Assembly: GCA_943704425.1 (NCBI GenBank)
Contig: CALSCP010002390.1
Coordinates: 1-53,402 of the forward strand
DNA: 53,402 nt
Direction: 5' to 3'
DNA from: Ministeria vibrans ATCC 50519
Lineage: Eukaryota > Protista > Filasterea
In this document: in pieces, positions 33,778-46,159 of the stretch
Layout: each line of letters opens with the position of its first letter
How positions within the stretch are numbered: position 1 is the first letter of the stretch
The notes under the pieces: generated by a model
What the model saw: the letters and a program-made list of their open reading frames with translations, nothing else
Told to the model about the DNA's origin: nothing
The model's database searches: none
Made by a program: the position numbers and the translations under genes

Positions 33778-36700
33778 TCAGAGATCATCCGCTGATTTCA
33801 ATCCAATGGTTCCGCCACCCTTGCCTCCGTAAATGTCGCGTGTCGAGCTGCCCCACTCGTAGTTGGGTGCAGGTGCGCTGCTACCACCGCCACCGGGACC
33901 CTGCAACGTAAGCGCACCGCCCACCACCTGTCCGCCATCCTGTTCGTCCTCGAGTCCGTCGGCGGGCGCTCGCTGGCGCGCAAAGAAACCCATCTTCCAA
34001 GCAACCACAATGACAACAATAAGAAGGACCAACGAGCCGGCAACGGCACCCGCAACGGCCCCCGTGTTGATACCGCCGCTGGACGCACCCGTGTTTACAT
34101 TGTCCACCGTCGAGTCTTCGGTCACATTGTACGTTGCAATCTCCATGATGGACGGCAACATGTCGGGCCGGTCCGTCGACGAGACAACAGTCACATTGTA
34201 GTGCAGGGTAAAGTCATTGTCAATGGTGCTGGCAATGGTGCCAGCAACGACAAAGGAAGAGACGGTGCCGGGCGCACTACGCCCAAAGACACAGGCGGTG
34301 GTGGTGCTCGCCGACTGCAACTGGCACTTGGAGTCGACAATGCGCATGGTGTAGCGAGCACGGTGGGCGTCGTCAATGGGCGCCACAATGAGCACGCCCT
34401 CGTTGGCAAGCAGCGTGTTGGGGCCGTTGTTCACGACCGTCACCGTCATCGTAAAGTTGGACGAGGGGCCCACCAGCGCACTGGCGGGCGTCAGACGGAT
34501 CGACGAGTACTGCAGGTCGCTCGAGGGCACCGATAGCGTCACCGTCTTCGTGACTGCATTGTTGGTGAAGCTGCGCTCGGGCGTGCTCGAACTCGCCGTC
34601 ACCGAGCCCGTCAATGAGAACACCGTGCCAATAGGCGTGCCTGTTACGGGCACAAAGACCATCTGGACTGTCGAGAGTGCGTTGAGGGCCATGTCGCCAA
34701 AGCGAAAGGTCGAACCAGCAAACGTCACGTTGGCTGGCAGCGCCGCAAGCGTCGCGGTAACGTCGAGTGTGAGCAGCGTGGCATTGTACGGCACGGTGAG
34801 TGACGCGTTGGCAGCCAAAAAGGGACCCAGGTTGCGGACGGTGTAGGGCACGCGGAAGTTAGTGTCGGTGAAGGAAACGGGTGACGGGGAGGCAGCGCCC
34901 GCCGTCAGGGCAAGGTCACACGGCCGCGAGATGGTCGACGACAGGGTCACTTGGTTGTTGCTGGTGAACGAGTCGGTGGCAACGCTCTGCGCCGAGGCCG
35001 TCGACGAGAAGAAGCCCGACACGCTGCCCACAGTGTGTACCAAAACTACAACGATGTCGCTGCCGCCCTTGGCCAGCGAAATGCCCGTGCACGAAATGTC
35101 CCAGCCACCCGGCGAGCCAGAGCGCGCTGTGGGGACACACGTGCCGCGCGACGAATCAACCAACGCACCCGACGACGGCTGGGCCATTTCCAGGTTGATG
35201 GTGAAGGTGGCGGTCACACTGGTGGCGTCGTTGGCACCCGTGTTTCGAAGGGTCGCACGCAAGTAGATGTCATCGTTGAGGAAGATAGGCGGTGTCGGTG
35301 TGAGCGTGTACGACACGCTCACGTCGACCGTCTTGTCGATGGAGACGCGTGTGGTCAACGCATTGTTGCTCGACACGGTGTCGTCGCTGCTCGCGCCCGT
35401 CGACACCACAGCCGAAATGTTAAACGCATCCGCAGGCGACGCGGTCACAACAAAGGCCATGTCGAGAACCTTACGCTCGTTCAAGACGAGTCCGCCAAGT
35501 GTACACTCGACCGTGCCCGACGATGGGTTGGTGCACCCCGAGGGAAGTGCCTCGGCCGGGTTCACGCCTACGCTCGCCACGGGGAAGGTCACGGTGACAA
35601 GGCCCGAGTCGCCCACAAGCAGATCACTGGGTCCTTGGTTCACGGCAACCACACGTAACGTCAAGGTCTCGCCCTGCGTCGGCATGGCACTACCCGAGCT
35701 CGAGGTCACACGCAAATCGTTCATCGCAACATCTGAGCGACGACACACCGCCGGTCCGAACACAGATAGTTCACTCGTGGTCACGTTGACGGTGGCGTCG
35801 GCCCGCAGTGTAAACGTCGCGGGAATACGGTCAACGACGGTGGTGGTGGAAAGCACGCGCACCGTGTTGATCACCTCGATATTGGCGCCCTTGCCCACAC
35901 TGCCAAGCAGACATGTCACATAGGAGCCGGTGGTGTTGAGCACGCAGGGAGCGCCGTTGGAGACAAAGGCACGAATGAAAGAAACGCGCGTCAGGTCGAG
36001 CGTTTGCACAAGGACCACATTGGAGGCGGAGTTGGGACCCTTGCCGGTCACAATCGCACGGTAATTGTACAGGTTGCCGGCGCACACAATGCCGTCAAGT
36101 GCCGTGTTGTTGGTTGCCGTCATGGTGATGACCGCCGACGTCAAGTCAATGGTACGGCTCGTGGTGGTGATTGAGTTCTGACTGCTGTTCTGGTCGAGTG
36201 ACTGCGAAGCGGACGCCGAAAAGGTGATGCTGACTACGCTCGCGGCGAGACCCACATCAAAGCCAAAAGTGAGGTTCTGGAAGACGGTGTAGGCGGCGCT
36301 CACTTCAAGCGAGTCGGCCAGACACGACAAACGACCGACAACAGCGCTGCAGTCAAATCCTGACGCACCCGGGCCCGAAATATGGATACGACCAGTGTCC
36401 ATGGCAAACACACCGGTACTCAGCACCGCAGCAAACTCAATGCCAAACGCCGGCGAGGGTCCCACGTTACGGAAACGCACCATGGGTACAAAGAGACTAT
36501 TGCTGTCGCTGAGCAGTGCCACCGATGAAATCTGGTTACCGTCCTCGTCGATGGCCTCCAGTTGAATGGACGATTGATCGACTTCCAGGTCGGCCACAGC
36601 CACAACCGAGCCAGTCTCGGTAGCACTCCAGTCGGTCGCGGTGGCGTCGTACAGAGTGGTCGAGACGGGCAGGGCCACCGTCGCAGCAGTCGTAATGGTG

Positions 36701-37156
36701 GGCGACGGGGGCGCATTTGCCTCAGACAGGGGCTCGTAGTTGACGGTGATGACACGAGAGGCGCTGCTCGCAATGGTTCCAATAGAGGTACACACCACCG
36801 GATTTGAGGTAGTCACACATGAGAACTCGCCGACCGAATATGACACGGAAGACAGATTGAAAGAGGGATCAAGCGTGATGCTGACCGTGACCACATCGGT
36901 GATGATGGCAGGTCCGCCATTGCCAACGGTGACAGTGAACACAATAAGACCGGGACTCTCCGTGACAAATTGCTTCGAGCCAGCGCCAGTGTACACTCCC
37001 GCAACAGTCGTGTACAGATCGACATTAGGACGACCCGAAAGCGCCACTACACGTCCCGTTTTGCTGTTCGCTCCTGGTTGTCCAATCACCAAGTCAAGTG
37101 TCTACGAAATTTAATAACAACGTTGCAAAATCAGTAAGAATTTATTATTATATTAA

Positions 37157-37209
<53 letters not shown>

Positions 37210-39643
37210 TATTATCATTATTATTAAAAATTCTTACTTGACTGCTGCTGGAGAGATCGTCCAGGTAGACGCCGTTGGAGAGGGAGTAGCCAAAAAGACC
37301 GTTCGCAAGGTTACCCGTGATCGTCTGAGTGGCGGTCGTGGCAAGACCGGTGGGCGAGGCAGCGCCGAGGTAGATAAAAACCTTGCCGAGACCGCTGCTG
37401 GCGTACGGCGCACCCACCACCAGGTCCATGATGCCGTCCTGGTTGGTGTCGATGTGTGCAAGAGAATAGCCAAAGCGACCGGACGAGTCCGATCCGGAGA
37501 GGGTGGTACCAGCGGAAAGCCTCAGCGAAGTGGCACCCGATCGTTCACGGCCATAGTAAATGGTGACCTTGCCGGTCTCGGGTGCACCGTTGGTGAAGAA
37601 GGGCGAGCCGACAGCGAGATCGGGGTACGAGTCACCATCAAAGTCGGCAACATGCAACGACATGCCATAACCGGCGCCCATTTGAGAGCCGTCGCCGCGC
37701 CAGAGGCGTGCATTGCCGCTCGCCGAGGCACGCACCTCAACGTAGCCGGCATACGACGAGACGTACGAGGCACGCGGTGCGCCCACGACAAGATCCATGG
37801 CGTCGCTGCGAGAGCTTGCATCCGTTGTAAAGTAGCCCTTATCCATGGCCTGGCCATAGTAGATGTTGTTGGTATGATCGCCTGACGGCGGCGACACGAC
37901 AGTGCGACCCGCACCGGTATTGCCGGCACCCATGTTGTTGTTGGTGCCAAACTCGGTGTAGCCCTGCGACGAGCCGCCCTCCTGGCCGACTGACGAGACA
38001 ACGAGGGAGCCGTCGCTGTTAATGAGTGTAGCACTGCCAAATCCATTGTAGGCGTAGCGATTGGTCGAAGCAAGGTCACTGACGGTACCGGGAAACGAGG
38101 CGCCACCGGCAACGGAGTAGGCGCGACCGTCGTCGCTCGATTGACACGACGACGAAAAGCCGTAGTCGACGGTGGCGGTACCCTCGGCGAAACCCTGAAC
38201 GCGAACCTTGAGTTCCTTGTTGGTGACACCTGTGATCTCAATCCATTCGTCGCAGGGACAGCCAGTGCCCGTCTCAATGAAGGGACAGTAATGACCACTG
38301 TACTTGTAAGAGACGCCGTCGTAGCTGACCGTGTCGTGCTGACAGTGCGGCTGCGACGACGGTGCCGAGTTGACACAGTAGTTGCACAGCCAGTTGGGAA
38401 TGGCATAGCCGCCCGGAGGCAAGTTGTTCGTCTAAAATGGATGCATTTGGTGAGCTCACAACAACAACAAAAAAAAAATGTTCCGTTTTAACAATGATCA
38501 TATTTTCATACTTGATAGTAGCCGACAATGCGCTTGACGGTGCTGTCGGTAATGTCTTCAAGGTAGGTGTCAATATCGACGCCGCCGAGCGCCTTCATGC
38601 GCACAAAAACATCCTTGCGGTTGATGGGAATGATACCAACATCGATCCAGGCATTCAAGGCGATGAAGCTGGTAAAGGTACCGGTGCCTGACGAGCACTC
38701 GGAGCCCCAGTTGAACTCGGAGTCACTTGAACCGCCGCCTTCCGGTGCAAAGATGCGGCCATCGTCAGACGAGCAGCCTGCCGCGCTAATGAGCAGATCA
38801 TCGTACGAGTCGCCGTTGATGTTGCCCAGCGCCAGGTTTCGCCCAAAGTACGAGCGGTACTTGCAGGTGATGTCGCCATTGAGCGTTGGACCCACCGTTG
38901 CCTCAGGCTGCACAGCAACTCCCGGGTCTGTGACATCCTGGTACACATACACACGTCCCATCCATGTCTCCGAGTCGGTCGGGCTCGTTCCGGCCGAGCC
39001 GGAGTAGTTGGGCGCACTAACAACAACTTCCAGAAAGCTACACAACGTACAAAGGGAGAGAGAGAGAGAGGAAAAAAAAAAAAAATCAGTGACGAAGTGG
39101 CTCGTACGGCATCTACAGATGATGTCAGGTGTTGTTCGAGTACGGAATACACCCGTAGAGTGTGCTACGCCGGTGTTGAGGCGACAAGACACGCCCACAG
39201 AGCGGTAGTAAGGCGGAAAGTGGATACGGACGACGACAGGTCAAAAAAAAAAAAAAGGCTCTTTTCTCTTTTTGGTTTCCCATTGTGAACAAAGGACACT
39301 GAGCTCTCAGTAGGTGTGTACAGCGTTAAACAAGAATGAGGCGAAAAGCGGGGGCGCGGGCAGGGAAAAGACGGCAAAACAGGACGGATGCAAAGCATTT
39401 CTGATTTCTCTCTCTCTCTCTCTCTCACTCTCTCTCGAGAGAGAGACGATTTTGATTGCGTTTTTTTATTTCTTACTTTGCAGTGCCGGTGACTTGCCCG
39501 ACAACGATGGACGAGCCGTAGAGAGAGTCGGCTTGGCTTCCGTCATGGCTCCACAGAGGCGAAGCGAGATTGTCCTGAAGGACTCCGCGAGAGCCTGTCG
39601 CAAAGAGCGCCAGCACGCCCGCTGCAACAATCAAGAGTCGCAT
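33778..39643 (-). CDS. Integrin alpha subunit: 7-blade FG-GAP propeller with an inserted domain, about 7 DUF11/Ig-like leg domains, TM, KMGFFAR; 4 exons (about 39643-39477, 39037-38512, 38431-37238, 37101-33778)
   Basis: Signal peptide; FG-GAP repeats with Ca2+ loops (NINGDSYDDLLISA, DFDGDSYPDLAVGSP, DTNQDGIMDLVVGAP); repeated N-x-G-P Ig domains; LVLLIVVIVVAWKMGFFAR. Confidence 0.93.
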
Positions 39644-39966
39644 AGGGACAGAAGAAAGGAAAAGAGAAAAATTGATCAGTTGTGTCTTTGGAGTTTGAAG
39701 TTTTAAACTTCTGATGATACCGCGAGACACACAGGCCCGAAATGGAACAAAAGGAAAGCGGTGTTATCCATGACGTCAATTCGAGAGAAATATTGCCTCT
39801 GCGACTCTTTTTGCCCCCGTATCATATCATATATAGCTATTAACTCCAATTAGGAGCTATTGGTTGCAGATTGAGGGCCAGACGAAGAGGAAGTGAAAAA
39901 AGGGAACGATGATCAGAACTTTCAGAAGAGTTGAGCCTCATTTTTATTCGTCCCCCTGCGCCGACC
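39644..39966. promoter_or_regulatory. Probable bidirectional promoter shared by integrin alpha and beta
   Basis: 323 bp between divergent predicted ATGs (39643 minus, 39967 plus). Confidence 0.7.
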
Positions 39967-42900
39967 ATGGTAGCACGTCGTGTTTTTATGGCCATCATAG
40001 CTGCCGCCATGATCAGCAGTGTCTGTGGACAAGCTTGCTCAACGTACACGACATGCGATACGTGTCTGGGACAGGTAAATAGTGAGTGTGATCTCTCTCT
40101 CTCTCTCTCTCTCTCGCGCGCTCTCTGCGCTCTCTCTTTCGCTTCCTTCCATCTCCCGTGGCACTTCTTCTCTCCCTCCAATCCGCATATACTAACCCCC
40201 TCGGTGTGCTACCATTGATGACTCGTGCGACGCCCATTAGGCCTTGCGACAGTCAGAATGCGACGAGTTCTTCTTTCGTTTTTTTTTTCTCGTCCTTTCA
40301 TCCTCTACCGCCCCTTGTTTTCAATATGTTCTGTGTCGTACGTCCTGGCATGTTGCGGACGTTGTGAGGGAGAGACGAAGGCAAAGCAGAGTCTTTCTTT
40401 TTTGCTCAGAGAAGTCGGGAAACGATTCGCGGAAANNNNNNNNNNTTCTTTTTTTTTTTTTTTTTTTTTCTCTTCTCTCTGGTCATAATTTCATCTGCTG
40501 CCATGTCGAAAGTGGACGTTGCGCACCGTGCTGCTGCTCTGAGTGGGGCTCTTGATGGGTGTTTTGTGTGCTGCGTGTCTTTCGTTGTCCGCCGTCTCAT
40601 GTCTTGTCTCTTGGGCAGGTCAACACGGCCACTTCACCCAACTCCGTTTGTGGCTGGTGCGTCACCAGCACAACCGCCTACTGCTCGAGCTCTTCGTCGG
40701 GATGTGTCTCGTATGAAGACTACAAGGTACGCACGACGCAAGAGAACACGATAATGAGAATGCATAATCATCACCTTACCTGTCTGTGTTATGATGATGG
40801 GTCACACAGGTGAATGGCGTCGCCGGCAGCACTGTCGCCGTCACGGCCAACGACACCGCTCTGGAAGCCTACCCGCAAGAATTCAATGTCTACTTGCGCA
40901 AGCGTACGACTACCATACTTGTTTGTTTCGTTCTTTTTGTTTTGCTCCGTTTCTAAAAAGTCTTTTTGTCTTTGTCTTTTTTTTTGTCTTCATAATAATA
41001 TTAATAATAATTATTATTATTTTCTTATTCCTAAATATTTTCTTAATTTCTTCTTCTTCTTCTTCTAATTATATTCTTTTTGTAGACGAACCTGTTTCGC
41101 TGACAATTAGTGTCAAGAGTCAGGGATGCAAGAAACTCGACTTGTACTACCTGATGGATTTGTCGCAGTCGATGCTCAACGATAAAAACACACTGGAGAG
41201 TCTGGCGACGGATCTGTCAAACAAAGCGACAGAGTTGTGCGAGGCAGGCTGTCCCGGCGGTGCACCCGCCGACTGTGTCTCGCTTGGCTTTGGCTCCTTC
41301 ATTGACAAGCCCATCTCGCCCTTTGGCTACTGGACACAAACGACCAACGAGGCGCTTACGGGCCCGCTTCCTGGTCTGCCATTCTTCGAGACGTCGTCGC
41401 CTGCATGGGACTACGTCTGGCGTAACTCTGCGCCTCTTCTGGCCGCCAACAGTGGTGGTACGGATGCATTTCGTCTTGGTGTGAGCAACTCGGAGACACG
41501 TGAGAACATAGACCAGCCCGAGTCGGGTCTGGAGGCGCTTTTGCAAGTGGCCGCGTGCGACACCGAGGTCGGCTGGCGCTCCGATGCGCGACGCATTGTT
41601 TTTTACGCGTCCGACGCTGACTTTCACATTGCTGGCGACGGCGCACGTGCCGGTATTTACGCCAAAAATGATGGTACTTGCTACGTCACGTCGCCCAGTG
41701 GCACCGACACAGTCAAGAACCGCGAGATTGACGCTGCCAGCATTCGCCAGGACTACCCCTCCATCAGTCAATTGAGTCAGTCGCTCATTGGCTCGAACAT
41801 TGTGCCCATTTTTGCCTACAAGGAAACGACCCTCCTTGCCGAGGCCAAAAACTCCCTCGTCTATCCCAACCTTGTGACTCAGCTAGGCTTTGGTTTCCAC
41901 GGTCAGCTCGCCGAGTCGTCGGGCAACGTTGTGGCGCTTCTCGAGTCCGCCTACGCCTCCATTTCAACAACCATTCGTTTGGAGACTCAACGCAACGGCA
42001 ACGAGGCGCTTGTCTCGTCCATTTCGCCGTCGCAGTTTACCAACATTGCAACGGACGTGGTATACTCCTTCACCGTCACCCTTGAGTACGACGGCACCAC
42101 CGCCTACGGCACCAATCTTCCCGTGGTCTTCACGCCCCTCGGCTTTAACCAGGTGACCGTGCACGTGACCACTCAGCCCGACGCCACCTGCTCCTGTGCT
42201 TCCAACTCCGACTACTGTCCCGCCCTTCACTGTGGCAACAGCGGCTCCTGCGAATGCGGCAAATGCACCTGCCCAACGGGCTCCTCGGGGGACAATTGTG
42301 AATGTTCCAACGATGTCACTCCCTGTCGCCAGGGCCAGACCACTTGTGGCGGTCGTGGTGTCTGTGAGTGTGGCGTATGTGTCTGTGATGCGGTAAGCGG
42401 AAAAACGATTATAATAATATTATTATTATTTTATTACTTTTATTAATTTTTCTTTTTGTTTCGTTTGGTAGGGTTTTACCGGTCAATTTTGTGACTGTTC
42501 CACCGCATCGTGTCCCACGTCGCTGACGGCGCTCGGAGATTGTTCAGGCAATGGAATTTGTGAGTGTGGTACTTGCAACTGTACCAATGGCTACACTGGT
42601 TTTGACTGCAGTTGCCCACCAAACGACCCGTCTCAGCAGTGCAACGCGACCATTTGCGGCAATTTTGGTGCATCGACGGGCTTTTGTGCGACGGCGTCGG
42701 GCCAGTGCAACACGCAACAGTGCGAGTGTGTGTCCGGCTGGCAAATAGACAGCAATGGTGCGTGTTCGTGCCAGCTACTCCCTTGCCCTCTTGGTCCCAA
42801 CGACCAACCGTGTAACTCTCAAGGTACCTGCGGCTGTGGTGGGCTTTGTCAGTGCAACGCTGGCTGGACCAGTACCGCGGCGAATGCTGCGGACGGAAGC

Positions 42901-44355
42901 TGTGACTGTGATTCGACTGCGGTGTGCCCGAGCGACGAAAACGGACTCGAGTGTGGCGGCATTGGTACGTGCAACTGTGGCACGTGCGAGTGTCCGCAGG
43001 AATACGAGTTGCCTGCAAACTCAGAAGACCCCAGCTATGCATGCACCTGTCTGAACACAGAGTGCCCCTCGTCGGCAACCGCCGAGTGTTCGGGCCATGG
43101 TAACTGTACGTGCGGCGTGTGTGTGTGTGAGGCGGGGTTTGCCGGCTCAGACTGCTCGCAGCCTTGCAACGTGGGTGGTTCGTGCCCCGTCGACAGCGTG
43201 AGTGGTCTCGACTGTGGCGGCGCATCGCAGGGCACGTGCAACACTGAGTGTTCGTACTGTGTGTGCGAGCGTGATTGGACCGGTGCCGCTTGCAACTGCT
43301 CGGAGGCCCAGTGTCTGTCGGTGACGGCGGGCGAGTGCAGTGACCACGGCAGTTGTGTGTGTGGCGCATGCGAATGCGACGCAGGCTATGGCAATGCGGC
43401 CGAGGGATGCCGCTGTGACCTGTCGACGCCCTGCCCGACGACGGCATTGGGCGCGTGCGATGGCTCGCTGCACGGTAGGTGTATTGTCGGCGACTATGAC
43501 AGCGACGGCCGCTTCCAATGTGGCTCTTGCGAGTGTCTCACCGGCTGGAGCGGCACCTTCTGCAACTGTTCGACTGCGTCGTGTCCCGTCGACTCGGATG
43601 GTATTGAGTGTGGACCGCAGGGCACGTGCAACGGCTGTGGCGAGTGCGAGTGCAACTCGGGCTGGTCACTGAGTGAGTCTGAGGTGTGTGACTGCGAGGA
43701 CAACGCGCTGTGCGGCGGTGTGATCACGGTCAACGGCACACAGGTGGACTGTAACGGCCGCGGTTCTTGCCAATGTGGTATCTCCTGTGAATGCGTCAAG
43801 CCTTACAGCGGCTCCAACTGTGAACTGTGTGACTCGGACCTGGCTGCAACACTCAACACAACGTGTCCCAACGACGTGTGTTCGTCGATTTTGTCGTGCG
43901 AAACGTGTGCGCAAAACAGCCTTTGTGGCTACTGCGTGACTCTGGGTGCGTGCTATACGCTGACGGAAATTGGTAGCGTGTGTGCGGGTGGCACGACGGC
44001 GCTGAGCGGCTCGGAGACGAGTAACTGTGTGACGACGGGCAAGTCGCTATCACAGGAAGCCAAGGTGGGTATTGCGGCGGGCGTGGCTGGCGCCATCATC
44101 GGCATTGGGCTGTTGTGCATTGTTATTTTCAAGCTGGCACAGGTTGCGGCAGACAAGCGAGAGTGGAAGGAGTGGGAGAAGCAGCGCGGACGGGCCGCCT
44201 GGTCGTCGAACGGCAACCCGCTCTTCCAGCCCAACACCAAGGAATTTGACAATCCCCTCTTCCAGAGCAAGACACAGAAGGCCTCGAGAAAGTCGAGTTT
44301 GTACCATTCGCAATCACCTACGGCGCCTGAAGCAGTGGAGCAGAGTGACTTGTGA
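39967..44355 (+). CDS. Integrin beta subunit: PSI, hybrid, beta-I (vWA), about 12 I-EGF, PSI-like tail, TM, two NPxF motifs
   Basis: LDLYYLMDLSQSM (MIDAS), GFGSFIDKP, NIDQPESGLEALLQVAAC..VGWR..ARRIVFYASDADFHIAGDG, DYPSISQL; tail KLAQVAADKREWKEWEKQRGRAAWSSNGNPLFQPNTKEFDNPLF. Confidence 0.97.
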
Positions 44356-44466
44356 ACAAATGATGGAGCTCAAGCAGCGAGAGAGAGATGGAGAGAGAAA
44401 CCTTTTATTCATGCAGTATACACGATATTTTTTTCTACTTTAATTATTCATTTTCTCGATGCTGTA

Positions 44467-46159
44467 ATGAAGAGAAAGCCATTGTTGCTTGGCATGTTGA
44501 TATTTGTATGCGCGGCCGCGGTGTTTACATTTTACGATGTGGCTGAGATAGCTTCCGATTCCGTGCGACGTGTGACATCTCGTCGCTTTGCGATCATTGT
44601 GTCCACCCCAGACAGACTCATGTGCCAGTCTCGATTTCTGGTGAGAAACGGAGCATTGAGCGTGTGCGTGTGTGAGAGTGAGAGAGGGAGACTCCACACG
44701 CACACAGACAGACAGAGGCCACTGACTGTCGCATGCTCCCGTTCAGAAATCAATGAGTCTGTACGCCCACCAACACAATCGGACGCTTGTCGTGCCAGCA
44801 CTGACTAAAGGTCGGGCGACCGCCTCCTCTGTCAAGCGTCCCGACGTGTACCGTGCCTTCTCAGCCCGAAACTACCCGTGGGACATCCACACGGTGTTTG
44901 CGTCGCCTGTGATGGCTCCTCGCGAATTTGCCGACTTGGCCGGGAACGACAACGACAACGACAACGACGACGACGACAGCAACAACAACAACAACACAAC
45001 GACGACGACGACGACTCTGAAAGCCTTTCCTCCTTGAAAATTACCACCATCACGTTGAGCAAAGGTGACAAGTAAGTTTTGCAGTGAGTGACTTGTCTTT
45101 GTTCGTTTACTCTCTTCTTTGTCTCTCTTTTCACTCGCAGCTGTGATGTGAACGCCTATGAGACACTTCTTCCGAGTCCTTGTCGTCACGAATCCATTTA
45201 CCAGTACTCTGTCGACAAGTGCTACTCCTACTGCACCAAAAGGGGGGTATGAGAGTACTATGAGCGATGAGTGAGTTGCGTCTGACCACTCTTACTACGC
45301 CCATCGAATAGGTCGATCAACTGGCCATGTACATGCGGTTCCCTTTCCTCGACGACACACCAGCGCTCGCGTTCTACATTGAAGTGTCCATGCCTCCGCC
45401 TTATCCGATACGAATGTACCCGTTGCTGCCAAACCGGCACTACCGCGAGTGTGCGGCGCACCTGAGCAACCACCCAGCCTTTGTGCAGGGAGAGGGGGGG
45501 CATGTTGTGGCACGTGTGCGCGCTGGACGCATGCTCAACGAGCTGCAGCGCCACCAACACTTATTACAGCCTCACGGGGGCCACGACGAGATGTGGACAG
45601 CCGAGCGCCAAGTGGCGCTTGAGAGTCACGTCAATGCTGTGTTTGATAAACTGCATCGTCACCTGGCGCGCCATGCGACGCCACCCGTGTCCTGCGTGCT
45701 TCTCTCGGACTGGGACCACTTCCCGTGTGTCATCAGCGGCAAGGCAGACGAGCTTATTGCACAGCCCCGCGAGGCACTCATGAACGTGTCGTTTGGCGAA
45801 GAGTGCGACAGCCCCGACCTGCGCGCCCACAGTCAAGGCGCGCTTGTCATGGCCTCCATTGCCCGTCACATGCGCACTCTCCACCAGTCATGTCTTGCAG
45901 GCTCTCTTGCCTTTTACAGTTCCCACTGTGCGCCCCAGCTCAAAGCGTTGGGTCCCGTTTACGACTCTAACAGTACGACTAGTGTGCATGGCAACTGTGT
46001 TGTGTAGTCGCGAGTGATAATCGCCCTTTTGTAGTTATTGTGACAATGATGGATGCCGAGTGGCTCAGGACCGCAGATCGGTCGTTTCATACGTCGCGCA
46101 AGAGCTGCTGGACAATGATGGTTGGTGATAAGTCCAAGATGAGATCCATGTCTCTGTAA
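44467..46159 (+). CDS. Type II membrane glycosyltransferase-like protein (O-fucosyltransferase/GT-B-like), with an apparent 1-nt frameshift at about 44996
   Basis: MKRKPLLLGMLIFVCAAAVF signal anchor; CQSRFL|KSMSLYAHQHNRTLVVP; VVARVRAG; VLLSD; final exon MMDAEWLRTADRSFHTSRKSCWT parallels O-FucT motifs. The family call is by motif resemblance only. Confidence 0.5.
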
